From Sphagnum compactum (Eukaryota), in assembly GCA_965153455.1 (NCBI GenBank), contig OZ234493.1, positions 31,982,213 to 32,046,212 of the forward strand: 64,000 nucleotides of DNA, given 5' to 3'. Both the position numbers and the translations under genes were made by a program. The notes beneath the pieces are model-generated. The model was not told where the DNA came from. It searched no databases and was given only the letters and a program-made list of their open reading frames with translations. Below, one piece after another: positions 1-13,012 of the stretch; the first letter of the stretch is position 1, and every line of letters starts with the position of its first letter.

Positions 1-47
1 AAAGTTGAAGTGTGAATCCCAAGTGTGTGTTTTTTAGGTGAACTGAC

Positions 48-3000
48 CTCAGCAATCTGGCCATTTTTCATGACCACAATCCGATTGGCAGCACGTACAG
101 TTGATAATCTGACACATCCACACCGCCCATTTTGTGTCTGAGAGATCAAGGAAAGCAATTTTTTTTTGCCAATGAAATGACGAAACCCAAGACCAACAGT
201 GAAACAATCAGACATCACACAACTTTTTTTTTTTTTTTTTTTTTGTGGCTCCAATGATGCTTGGCTCATATGCCAGGGAAAAAGAACATTAAATAGTTTG
301 ACACCGTGAGTCTTGTGTCTTCTTACCTATGAGCAATAACTATAACCGTGCGCTTCCGTTTTCCGTCCCCTCTCATAGCATGGTCTAACGCTTTCTGAGT
401 ACCAATGTACCAACACCCAAAACACCACACAAAGATGAGGCGAAATCTGAATCAATATAACAGTAGTAGATCTGGAAGGTGTGACAAGCAGAGATGAAGA
501 AAGCTCATGTTGTTTTGTGAGAGATGTCAGATACAAGTAGAAAAACTGGGCTGACGGGCACCAAGAAGCCTTGTTCTAGATTTGCACAAAAGCTCATGTT
601 TTGGCAGCCTAGTTTTTCTAGCCTGCATACCTACCTGCACATAGTGTTCACTTTCAGCATCAAGAGCACTGGTGGCCTCATCCAAGATCAAAATGGATGG
701 ATCCCTCAGCAGAGCTCTTGCAATTGCAATTCGCTGTTTTTGGCCCCCACTTAAGCGTGAGTTGTCGACCAGAGTTTTGTAGCCCTCAGGAAGCGACATA
801 ATGAAGTCATGGGCATTTGCTTGTATTGCAGCCCGTTCAATGTCCACATGGCTCACTTTTCTTCCACACCCATAAGCTATATTTGAGGCTACATCCATGC
901 TGAAGAGTCGAGGTTCCTGGTTTTTATTGAGAACCCAATAATGCCACCCAAAAAAATGAAGGTACATGAGCAAATTGTGAGTCATACATACCAATTGTGA
1001 TACACAATCCATCCTCTTTGGAGGATATGATTTAGTATCTGGATATGGAGGTCTGCCTAGTGATATGCACCCACACAATCACCCCATCTAATAATCATCC
1101 ATCCGAGAAAAACAGATCATACCTGGTTCACAACACCAAGTTGCTGCCGAAACCATTTTATATCAAGACTTGTGAGAGGAACCCCATCAATCAATATCTG
1201 CAAAATTACCCATCGGCTCCCATAAGACATCCAATTTGGGGGCCAAAAAAAAAACTCCAGTGCAAAAACAAAGCGACATGAGGTTTAAAGCAAACAGCAA
1301 TTACTTCAAGTAGTAGGGTTTAGGGTTTAGGTTATAGTGAGAAAGCAAGTAGCAGAAGAGACTTTGGAGTGTTTTTTGTGAGGGGGGGTAGAAAAGTGCA
1401 CCTGACCACCAAGAGGTTCATAGTGACGGAGGAGCAAACCAACAAGTGTGCTCTTTCCACTGCCACTGAGACCCACCTACATCAAAGCACAACACCCCAG
1501 ATCTAAAGACTTGGGTTCAAATCTTGAAAGAGATATTTCACAGACAAAACTCAAGATGGAATAAAAGAATTTCAGCAATAAAATTACAAAGTGCCTCATG
1601 GGGGGATTTGGAAACAAGAGAGGTGATGCATGAAAGCAAAAAGCTTTGGGACGTGGCAGACGTACCACAGCAACAAGCTCACCAGGATACAGGGACAAGT
1701 TCACATTGCGCAATACGTAAGCCTGCATAACAACCAAATGAGAGACTATGGACTGCAAGGACAGGTTCTTTGCTAGTTCTGTCATGAAAATGGCCGGTTC
1801 TTTAGAGTTTTTGAAACAACCAGACCTAGAGGTTCTTTAATTTTGATTTTTTTTTCAAAGAACCAGAACTGGCGGCTATCTGATTCTGGAATATTTAAAG
1901 AACCAGAACTGGTGGTTCTTTAAAAATTCAAAGAACCACCCAACACTGGTTTTGTCTCCTGCCAAAAATCAAACCACCCTCTTCAGCAATTCCCTGCAAC
2001 TAGTAGCAGACTGATGGACAGGTTCTGCACCCTCAACATCAGTGGATGTTTGTTTCTTACCTGGGGTCGAGTAGGGTACTGAAAAGTGATGTCGGCAAAT
2101 TGAATGTGTCCTTGCACTTCTGGCAGCTTGATGCCTGCATCCACAAAGCAAAAGCTTCAGAACCCACCACATACTTGATGCATCAGATTTGTGAGTAAAA
2201 TCCATTGGATCAGGTTTAAACAGTTTTGACACTAGTCTCATTTGTGTCAAGCACAAAGTCCATATCTTTTGCATGATATCAGAGAGATGATTATCCTTCA
2301 CAGCTTCCATTTTTGTTAGTTCAAAGTACCCATGTTCAAAGTACCATGCAAAGAGAGTTGCTTGCTGGGTGGTAGGTCAAGCAGCTGGAAGACTTTCTCA
2401 CTGGCACCAATCGCCTGCATCAAAGAGGACCAATGGTCACCAACCCACCACGTAGAGTGTACAACCCACTCAGAGTAGAGAATGAACTTGGTAAGCTGTT
2501 CAGCAGTGATTTTCCCCGACATGACAAAGCCACCTCCCATCATCAACGCCACCACCTACACAGCCAGCAACCCCACTCAACATAATAAGAAACAGGCATC
2601 TCACAGCTAGTTGAAAAAAACATGATGGAAAGCTACTGTGATCACAGCAGCCTAATGGAAGATGTCCTTACTGCTGATGTTCCTTTCTTGTTAGAAACTT
2701 CTTCAAAGAAAAGAGAAATCTCAATATTTTTGATGAGAAAATGGGACAACTTGGGTGTACACACCTGTGTAGCGTTGTATAGGGTGTTGGAGCTCCAGTT
2801 CCAAAAACCATATGCTACACTTTGCCGGAAGTTGATGTCCTCCAGCCTATTCAACCACTTCCTATATCTGCTCCACACCCCCCAACACATTTCCCAACAG
2901 TTTTAATTTTTATTTCTGTTTATGAGCATTGACTCAGTATGTATGTATGTACCTGCCATGGAAGTTGGTGCATTTTGGTAGAGCAATAACAGATTCCTGC

Positions 3001-6000
3001 CTGGAATCTTCCCAAAAATCATGAATTCATTACTATGATTCCTTTGCTTAACTGAATGTGGAAGAGGGAATAATACAGAGTTGGGTCGGAAACAAACAAG
3101 AAGGGAATAGAAAAAAGGACCTGGCCACTTCTTCTTTTTCTGTTCCGAAGGTGCGCACCACCCTTGCCAATGACAAGGTCTCCTCTGCTACCTCATTGGC
3201 TGATGCCACTGAATCTTGTGCTGCCTTGGCAGTCTTCTTCTGATACCTGTTGCATCAACCAAGTAGCAATCTGTCATAGATGATGATGAAGACGCCAAGT
3301 CGATCTTGAGGTAAAAGGTCGTCTCTTTTTTGCCTCAAAAAATGTATGATCAATACTACTATACAGGAGTTGTTGAGTGTCAGGAATGATATGAGTTGAG
3401 GGACAGAGGGGCAAATGAGAAAGACAAACACCGACCTGCCATAAACACGCATGAAGTACCACATCATGTTGCAGATGAGGAATGTGGACAAGGCCAACTG
3501 CCATGAGAGCGTCATCAAATACACAAAAGCTCCAATTCCCTGGATTCAACTGGAAACACTAGTTCAAAACTTTTTTCACCAAAGTATTTTGGAATATTTG
3601 GTTTTATATTTTGGAATATTTGGGTTTTACGTTTTGGAATACTTGGGTTTCATGTTCTGAAAATATATACTTTATATATTGTGGAATAGGCAAAAAACAG
3701 TCTGTGAAACATCGTCTTGACCCATGTTCAAAGAAAGGGCATGATGCATCACCTGGAGTGCGTTTCGGAACATAATGTTGAGGTCGTTGCCAATGATGCG
3801 TGACACTTGCTGACAGTCAGATCCTAGTCTGCTTGTAAGCGCACCCACTGCCTCTACATCAAAGAAGGCAATATCCTGCAACCCATCATAACAGTTTCAG
3901 CTGAGGAAGTCGGTTTTCAAATGAATACAGGAAAATGAATTCTCCAACCAACCCAGAAAAAGTTTGCTAAACCATTTTGTGACAGAGCTGGCTGTAGCAT
4001 TTACAGTCCTAATGTACCTGATTCAGGAGTGTGGAAAACAGCTTCTCTCGCATCCGGCGCACCTGACACAAATCCAAAATTCCCCAGTCAATTTCACAAA
4101 TACAAGTCTCCTAAACCAACTGAATGAAGGACCATCCACAAATGGGTTGTTGATACTCCCACTACTACAAGCAGCCAGTTTTTTCCAAATGCACAAAAAC
4201 TCGCCTTTTCTGTTCATCCAGAAACAGGTTGCTTGGAGAAAATTTACTTACCAGAATTTGATTGGCGACTCCAAAGCATGCACCTCTTATACCACTGGAC
4301 CCACAACCCACCGAGAAGAAAAGACAGAGGATCTGTTAAAATCCACATGAATAATCCTATACTGTCTTTGCACACACAGAGAGAAGCACCACAAGTTCAA
4401 ACCCAAATCACAACATGCATAAACCCAATCACATGACAACATGCATCCCTGTGCGATTCAAAAGTCCAAGAGCATATTTATTTATTCATACTCAAACGGA
4501 TCATCCTTGTTCCCATACAATTGTGTATATTCTCATATATGAATAAAAAACCAGAGCAAGGGCTAAATTATGACCTGAAGAGGCCATATGTGCAGCTCAT
4601 GACCGCAAGCAGTTTCGCATTTCTATAGAAGTCATCTCGCAGACCACTCTGTGCTGCAAATATCGTGGCTGCCACATAGTGTGGGATTGTGATTTCCGAT
4701 AACTGTCACAAAAGTGGGACACAAACAAAGTCAGCCGCCCAAGTTTCCAAAACACTGTCTACTGGCAAAGTGCTACAGTACTCACAAATAAAAGAGTTCA
4801 TCACAACAGGGTGGGTGTGCAGAGATTCTGTTTGGAAAAAATGCACAAGAAAAACATTGAGCACCACCAGTGTCACTTGCTATTATATAAAAGAGCACTT
4901 TAGCAAAACAAGCAACAGACAACACATTTTCAGAGGATTTTTGTCAGTTTTGCATGTTTGAAGACTTCCTAATTTCTTCCTAAAGAAAAAGTGGGGATAT
5001 GTCCATCCATCTCCAACAGTTATGCAAAAAGCTTCAATCCTTGCAAAAAAACGGGGAAAAAAAAAAAGCCAAATTTGATACCTGCCTCTGGGGTTAAGAG
5101 TGTCATGCATTGTGATAAGCAAACCCAAGAAGACAACAACAAACAACAAAACAACCACAGAGGATGGAGGAAACTTACAGCTGCTATAATGAGGGCAGTG
5201 AAGGCAGCAGCAATGACGAGTCGGTCGGGTGAAATGAGAATCCACAGCCGCTTCATGGCCTCAACAAATGTAATTCCATAGGCTTCTTGTTGGTGTTGTC
5301 CCTTGTCCATTACATCCCACCAACTGCCATATGGCAGCAACGATTTGATAGCATCCCATACTTGCACTACTTGTTCTACAAATGTCAGATTCTCTGTCTG
5401 TGTTGCAGCTCCGTTACCCGCATCCTTCGCTGCACATGACACACTTGTGCAGTGAGTGTGGTGATTTTGCACAACAAACCAACTGAGGCAGCAGATCCAT
5501 CAGCATATGATTATTTTTGCAAGAATATCCTATTCTTCTTCCTTGGAAGAATTCCATGGGAAAATCTATAATTCCAGAAGCTATAAGTGCACTTGAATCT
5601 GAGAACAAAGATTGAGATTCTGCAAAGAACCCATATGTGGGTTTTGAATAATACTACTGCACAGACTTGAATCCAACAACAATAACAATCCATTCTGCAA
5701 AACAATCCATTTGGTGGTTTTGATAATGTGCAAAACTTGGTACTTAGAAAATGTGCAAGAACTTGCCTCGGGATTCATAAGCGCTGCCATTGGTGGTGGT
5801 GCTCAAATCCGAAGAGAAAATTGCTCCATCACCTGCAGTGTCGGTGCCCAAATCCGAAGAGAAAATTGCTCCATCACCACCTGCAGCAGCAGCAGCAGCA
5901 GCACTGCAAATCACTGCCGGATGTCTGTGCAATTTCCTGTGTAGCACCAGATGTGGCAATGCATTTCCGTTCCAATTTGTGGAGGGATTTGTTAAGGGAT

Positions 6001-6355
6001 TTGATTGCAAGGACTGAAGCTGTCTGCATTCATAAGTGCCCACTACTTCCTCCGTTCTGTCACTGCTGCTCCTTTCGCGCTGGCTATGATGATGGTGGAT
6101 ATGGTTGTTTAACCCATTCAATTTGCACACACTTGGCCTCTGCACAACTGTCAATCCTGCGCCATCCATCCTCAGCTGTCTTGCATTAGGGTTTCTTTTG
6201 GCAGAAGCTCTGGACAGAGATTTCTCCAAGCAAGCGCTCAAGGGAGATATTTTTTCGGAGCAAGCTCTGGTGGGGGATTCTTCGGGGCTACGAGAGAGAG
6301 GAGGAGTCAGACTACAAGGTTGCCATGATAGCAACCCTGGAGGTGGTGTGCCCAT
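48..6355 (-). CDS. ABCB26: Half-size ABC transporter, B family (ABCB26/TAP1-like, probably plastid-targeted); 3' end lies beyond the window start
   Basis: Exons join in frame: 6355-5767, 5429-5179, 4702-4575, 4294-4252, 4062-4018, 3875-3753, 3539-3436, 3246-3121, 2867-2765, 2555-2345, 2134-2061, 1722-1666, 1476-1402, 1197-1123, 916-635, 394-327, 108-48. TMD motifs ([29 protein letters not shown]), Walker [11 protein letters not shown]-loop VNQEPRLF, signature LSGGQKQR, Walker [14 protein letters not shown]-loop IAHRLST. The S/P/R-rich N-terminus resembles a transit peptide. Start ATG 6355 is inferred. Confidence 0.9.
1790..1948. mobile_element. Truncated copy of the same hAT-type MITE family inside an ABCB intron
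   Basis: Ends in CCCAACACTG like 22707-22716 and shares CTAGAGGT.CTTT.ATTTTGATTTTTT..CAAA with 22363-22396. Confidence 0.5.
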
Positions 6356-6804
6356 CAAACACACGCACTTACTCCAAATGGGGTTCCTCCTCCTCTTCCA
6401 ACAACAAATACAAAACCCACCACTCTTATCCCATCATCACAGTGTTTGTTTGTTTCTTCCCGGATTGATGTGACAACAAACAAACTGCACAAACTGACAT
6501 TGTCAGTGTGACAAAACCTTGGAGGAATTCTTCATGATGGAATGAAACTTTCAAGGAATGTTTTTCCCCCCTTGTAACCGAAGATAGACTATCCTCCTCC
6601 TCCTCCTCCTCCTCCTCCCCAACTTCTTCTTCCCAGACCAAGATCGTCACTTCCTCCTGAAACAAATCTCTCAAACCCTAAAGAGGATTCTAGAAATCTC
6701 TTGAACCCAAAAGAGGATTTGACTTCTTGCTCAGCTCTTGACCAATTTTGTTTTCTGCAAGAAGAAGAACAACACGTCCATCAGACGACATTCTCCCACG
6801 ACCC

Positions 6805-7150
6805 ACGAAAGATTTTTGCTCATTCTTCCACAACCCACAACAGATTTTTGCACATTCTTCACATTCTTTCACAACCCATCAAGATTTGTGCACATTCTTC
6901 CACATCACACAACAGATTTATGGGCTTCCTTCACATTCTTCCACAACCCACAAAAAAATTTGCAATTTCTTCCACAACCCACAACAGACTTTTGCACTTT
7001 CTTCACATTCTTCCACAACCCACAAAGTATTTTGCACTTTCTTCCACAATCCACAACAGATTTTTGCACTTTCTTCACATTCTTCCACAACTCACAAAGA
7101 TTTTTGTACTTTCTTCCACAACCCACAACAGATTTTTGCAAATTCTTCCT
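6805..7150. repeat. Tandem minisatellite, core TTCTTCCACAACCCACAACAGATTTTTGCAC, alternating ~31 and ~41 bp subunits (~72-bp higher-order unit)
   Basis: The core motif recurs about 10 times and explains the stop-free ORFs in all three + frames. Confidence 0.85.
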
Positions 7151-7234
7151 CAAAATACAAAAGACTTTTGTTGCCTTCTGCGTCTACTACTCCACCACAC
7201 AAATTCCATTCAATTCCCATTTCATTCCATTCAA

Positions 7235-7525
7235 ACAAAAACAACAAAACTTCGAATTGGGTTACCAAATCTGCGTGCAATCTCGAACAAAACTTCGAAT
7301 TGGGTCGCCAAATCTGTGCACAATCTCGAACAAAACTTTGAATTGGGTTGTCAAAATCTGTGGGCAATCTTCAAACAAAACTTCGAATAGGATTGCCAGA
7401 TTTGTGTGCAATCTTCAAACAAAACTTCGAATTGGGTTGCCAAATATAAGTGCAATCAATCTCAAACAAAACTTCGAATTTGGTTTCCAAATCTATGTGC
7501 AAAATCTCAAATTGGGGTTTACCAA
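7235..7525. repeat. Tandem ~43-bp repeat AACAAAACTTCGAATTGGGTT..CAAATCTGTGTGCAATCTC, about 6-7 copies
   Basis: Directly visible degenerate head-to-tail copies with no unique spacers. Confidence 0.85.
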
Positions 7526-8227
7526 ACTGAGCTAAGCAAACACCAACCCAAGAATTAAAATGAAAAGAAAGAAAACCACAACCAAAACCCTAATTCAGGC
7601 ACTCAACTTCCAAAATCATCAACCCAAAAGCAGAATTTTTTCTCTTTTGAATCTTTTTACCCAATCTTCAAAATGCAAACAAAGAAACTCAAAAAAACTG
7701 GGTACCAAATTTGCTCAAGCAAAGACAACCCCACCCACCAAAAGAAATAAAATTCAAAGAGAATAAAAATGAAAAATTCAATCCCCACTCTTCTACAACA
7801 CTTCACTTCAAACCCAAGCAAGATTTCTACCCCCAAAAAAAAAACCTAAAGAAAATTTCCACCAAAAATTCCAATGCAAGCAAAACAAAATCCAAAACAT
7901 GGGGTACAAATGCTATCTAGGTAACCCATGATGGATCCCCAACAAAAAAGAACAAAACAAAACAAAACAAAAACAAACAAATCCCAAACCCTAATTTAGT
8001 GGACCCTGGAGATCTGAAAAAAGATAGCTCTTACCCTCCATGTTATTAGTCTTCTTCTCTTTTTGTTCAAAAGAAAGAGAAAGAGGGACAAGGACCCAAA
8101 ACCATAAAAGCAACAAGAAAGAGTTTAGGTACTTTTATAGGACTATGTTTTCTCTTGAGTACTATAACAACAATTGCAATAAAAATAGTGAGTGAAGTAG
8201 GATCTTACACTATGTAAAATCTTGGAG

Positions 8228-8229
<2 letters not shown>

Positions 8230-8261
<32 letters not shown>
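8230..8261. repeat. (TA)n microsatellite
   Basis: Direct reading. Confidence 0.9.
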
Positions 8262-8264
<3 letters not shown>

Positions 8265-11200
8265 TCAATTCTATATTTTCAATAAGTGTTATGTCCAAAA
8301 TGTTTAATGTGCAATTTTTGCAAGGCAAGGGAATGACAACAATTCATCATCTCTAGAAATTAATATGGCACAACTAATTCGACATTTATAACATTCTCTA
8401 CAAACATAAAGATTGACCTTAACAAAAGCCAATTAATTACTTATTGTTATTAAAGTATGCAATTTGAGAACATAGAATAAAACTATTTAGTTAGTTACTA
8501 AATTAGTTTGTTTTTGTATTATTTTAGAGGTTCAATGGGGTTTTAAAGTTTTGCAAAGTTTTTTTAAAAATTCCAATTTGAGAGAATGCCAAAAGAAAGG
8601 TTTATTATTGACTTGGAATGAATGAGGGTTGGTCAAAGGAAGAGGTGGGTAATTGGACTCCATAATTTCCAAGCTATCTTAGTAATGCAAATAAAGAGAT
8701 GGATGTATATTTCATGCATTTGCAAAGTGGTGGAGGAGATGGAAACAAGAAACCTTTGTTGAGTAATAAACAAGTGTGTGAGGAAGCCTTGTCTCCATAA
8801 AAGTAATCGTATATCAAGGAATACAATATATATGTTTCTTTTTATTTTAAAAAGAAAATTGTTGGCTTTGCCCATAAGGAAGAGATTACACATTGGTCGA
8901 TTGGTGTAAAATTTGGACATAAAATTTTGAATTGGACATTAACTCAATGTATGAATGACATCTGAAATATTACATGTGGATATGATGAATGGCCATGTTC
9001 CATAGAATAGAATGGATGCATTTAGATGAGAAGATTTGGATTTAGTAAAAGAATTTTATTTTTTAGGTTGAACTTGTCATTAAAAGCAAAGTTGTTACAC
9101 AATGTGCTGCTTGTTTTCCTTTTGAAATGTGGCCATTAGTTCATCAATCTTGGTGATTTGGAACCCACCAAGTTACCTCAACCTTAAACTTCAAGCAAAT
9201 TTTGTTCAACCAACAAAAAAACAACCCCCCCCAAAAAAAAAAAAAAAAAATCTTACACAAAATTTAGGTCATACCATGTTTGTTCCACACCCATTTTTAT
9301 CATCATAATTTTTTAAATAGGGACAACTAATTCATACTTGAACATATTACATCAATAATCATCCATCCTTGAATGTATGATTTCTAAAAGGATGTAAAGG
9401 TTTTTATTATTAAAGACAACTAACACCCTAATAAGGAAGGTACATCAAAGATAAATGGGCATTAAGAATCACTTAAATTTTGTGATATTTGAACAAAATG
9501 TTACTCAATCAACTTATGATAATTGAGATCATGATAACTCTCTCCGAAGCACCTCATCAATATTGAAACTAACCTCATGAAACATAACCATTTACATTAT
9601 GTGAAAATATTCATACCAGATGTTTTTTAGAAAACAAGAATGTATGCAATAAATCATTTGAATTCAAAGGGATATTATTCCTCAAAAAGTTGAAACTATC
9701 ATGTTTAATCATTTTTCACCTTTTTGACAAAGGGTGAAGATTGGTGGATATTTAATGTCATAAAGTGTGGTGATAATTGTTGAGTAAAATGTCAAGATCT
9801 CAAGGAACTCGTGCAATCACCAAACCAAAAATTCACACGCATGAGGTTGAGTATGGAGTTCATGTGAAAAGTTGAAATTTATATCTTTTATAATAATAAA
9901 GTTTCAAAGAAGCATAAAGCCATGTCAACCTTTGTCTTTTTCAAGATTTTGTTTTCATTATTATAATCTCCCAAAGTAGAATATTGCTAAAGAAATAGGA
10001 ACACCAACTATGAAAAATAATCAAATAACGACATTTCAAGTTGTATGGATTGTTTGCAAAACAACCATCAATTTATACATTCACTTATATTATTTCAAAC
10101 TTCATGCATCGATCTTCATTTGCAACTTAACGAGCATTACTTTTCTTTGGTTTTTTTATCCATGGTTGTCTTTGTTTAAAATATGGTTTGATGTGGTGTC
10201 GACTATGTTCAATGAAGTTGTTAATACTTGTTTTTCCCCTCTTATTGAACATTGGTTTACATTTGAAGAACCAATGATTTTAACACAGTGGATGTTTCAT
10301 AGGTTATGTAAAATTGTAATTGACCTAAAATTGAAAGAAGTTAAAACACAAGTGATTCAGAAGATGTAATAAAGCAAACATTAGGGTGTCATTGATTCAT
10401 GACACAACTTGCAATATGTTTTGAGAACTAATACTAAAGCCTTTCTATTCATCTAGTTGTCCATGTTATAGTAGTTAAAGTACAAATCAACAATATTGGC
10501 AAAAAAACAAAAAAAAATTATGATAAAAAGTTGTTTATTGACTATAATACTTCAATTGTCCAAATATGTATGTAATGAACATACATGTGTATGAACCTAA
10601 CTACATTAAATGAATGTGCATCTGACTAAAATTCGACAACTTAAAACATACGAATCTTGGTGGGTGACAATATTAACACCATTTTTTTACTCATTGTAAT
10701 TTTTTTCTTCACACAAGTTATAACCCACTTAAACGTATGTAAGTTGGATGTTATATTAAAGGCCAGGTATCTAAATAATATCACATTAATCCATTATGAC
10801 ATAGTGTCAAAAGATGTCACGATTATAATTACTAAAAGACACCACAATTGTTGAACATAGACATATCATGTGCATGGTTTTAAGAAAATGGGAATTGGTT
10901 TGTAAAGGTTTCTATTATAATACATTATATGTTTTACGCAAATTTCTTGTGAAACCTTTTTGAAGTTCAAAGATTATGAGCTTGCAATATGATGTAATTT
11001 AATTTGTACTTAAAATTAAGAGTTGAAATACATTAAGTTTATAAGTAAGTGTTCAAAACCTAATTTAAAACAAACAAGAAAGAGGTTGGAATAAGCAAAA
11101 AGAAAAAAAAATCACACATTACAAAGGAAAAGGAGGTTGGAAGTGAAAAAATAAAACAAAATGTTTATCTTTTCAAAAAGGGAAGAAAGGTTGGAAGAAA

Positions 11201-12872
11201 TGAAAATTTATAGCCACCCCTTCCAAAGGAGAAAGAAGTCGAAAGAAGAGAAAAAGTTTGTTTTTGAGCATTACAAAGTATAAAAACATTGGAGGAAAAA
11301 AGTAAATTGTCCACGTAGTCCAAAGAAAAAAGAAGTTGGAACTAACAGAAAAATTGTTCATCCATTGCAAAACAAAGGGAGGTTGAAGGGGGGGGGAAGG
11401 GAATTGCAATAGTTTAATCAATTTAATGGTAATTAAATTTTTTAATTACCAATTTTTTTAAAGAAATTTAATGCTATTTTTAAAATAATTAAGCTGCATA
11501 ATGTTAAAAGTTTTGAACGATTAAAGGTTATAGCTAGTCATTAACATGTTTTTCATTTCTCTATTTTTTTCATCCTAATTTGGACATGCTTTAGTGAAAA
11601 ATACAATGTCACAAGTGCACATTTTTGGTGGATATCATTATATAAATTTAAATTTTTTGTAATATAAACTTTTTGGGGGAAGGGGGGGGGAATTTGTCTC
11701 ATTTTGACATTATTTATAATTTTAGAATAATTTTTGCTATTTTTATATAGTTTTGATGAATTTTTACTAAATGTTTGTCAATTGATGTTTAATCTTGTTG
11801 GGGATGATTGCCAACAATGTTACATCAATTTTGTATTTAAAAAAACATTGATGTGAATCTATAGCAACTTAGAACATACATTAACCATAAAATCGAAGTT
11901 ATTTAAAATTTTAACAATCTACCAAGAGTCACAAAAAGGAAAGTTTTTAAAATGTTAATTTTTACAATATTTTTGGACAAAAATGTTCAAATGGGTTGAA
12001 TTTATAGTTGAAAATTGTACAAAACTTTACATCATATTGATATTTATTTACCATGTGCGAAATAAAAATATGAAAATGTTTTCAAAACTAGTATTCATTT
12101 ACAACACACATATATAGTTTCCTTTCTTGTGATAATATAAATATTCCAATTTAAAATATCCATGTTGGCCTTAAAGAAGTACATTTTTTGGGGCAATAAA
12201 ACAATAATTAAAAGTTAAGCAATGATGTGTATATAGATAGACAATATATTAATAAGTTTTTAGTGATGATGATTTATTGGAATTGGTTTAAGTAGGACAA
12301 CTTTAATTTCCATAAATCATCGTCGTAGATTAAACAATTGCAAACTAGAATCTGTTTACCCTATTTCCAAATGAATAAACTTGGAGAGGTTTTTTTTTTT
12401 AATTTTTTCTTTTTTAAGTTTTTTTTAACACTATATTCACAATTAAATTTTGAACACCTTTTCTACCAATTTGCATCCCATTTATCTTCAATTGAATTTT
12501 AGTCCAATTGTTGAATTGAATTTAGTTGAATTGGAATTCAATTCAATTCAATTCAAATTCCATTCAATGTATTTGATTTCAATTTAAAATTTTGAATTGA
12601 ACTCAATTTGATTTAAATTCAGTTCAAGTTGATCGTAATGTTGTTCACACCTCAAATTGATATATGAATGAATTAATGTCTTTCATTTCAAAAACATTTG
12701 AAAAACAAATCTGCTCCACGAAAATATTTGTTTTTTTTTTTCAATGTTTTTAATCTTATTGCGTGTTACACATTACATCATATCACTATTACCTTTTGGT
12801 TGAAATTCATTTATATTGAAGTTATTTCAACATGTCATGTCATTGACTTATGAACATATGTTATTTAATAAA

Positions 12873-13012
12873 GCTTCATGTGGACATGTTGATATTATTC
12901 AAGAGATTATTAACACAGGAACAAATGTCAATGCAAAAGGTGAGAATGGAAAACTACATGTTATATTTGACATGCGGAAACAACCATGATGGAGTTGTTT
13001 CAATTTTATGCA
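12873..13012 (+). pseudogene. Frameshifted ankyrin-repeat fragment
   Basis: Reads ASCGHVDIIQEIINTGTNVNAKGENGK, then after a frameshift MLYLTCGNNHDGVVSILC. This matches the ankyrin consensus (A..GH.DIV..LL..GA.VNA....G.TPL..A). Confidence 0.6.

Noticed and set aside
6701-7535. 197-265 aa ORFs in all three + frames, and a CRISPR-like appearance
   Set aside because: Produced by stop-free tandem repeats. There are no unique spacers or cas genes, and the context is eukaryotic.
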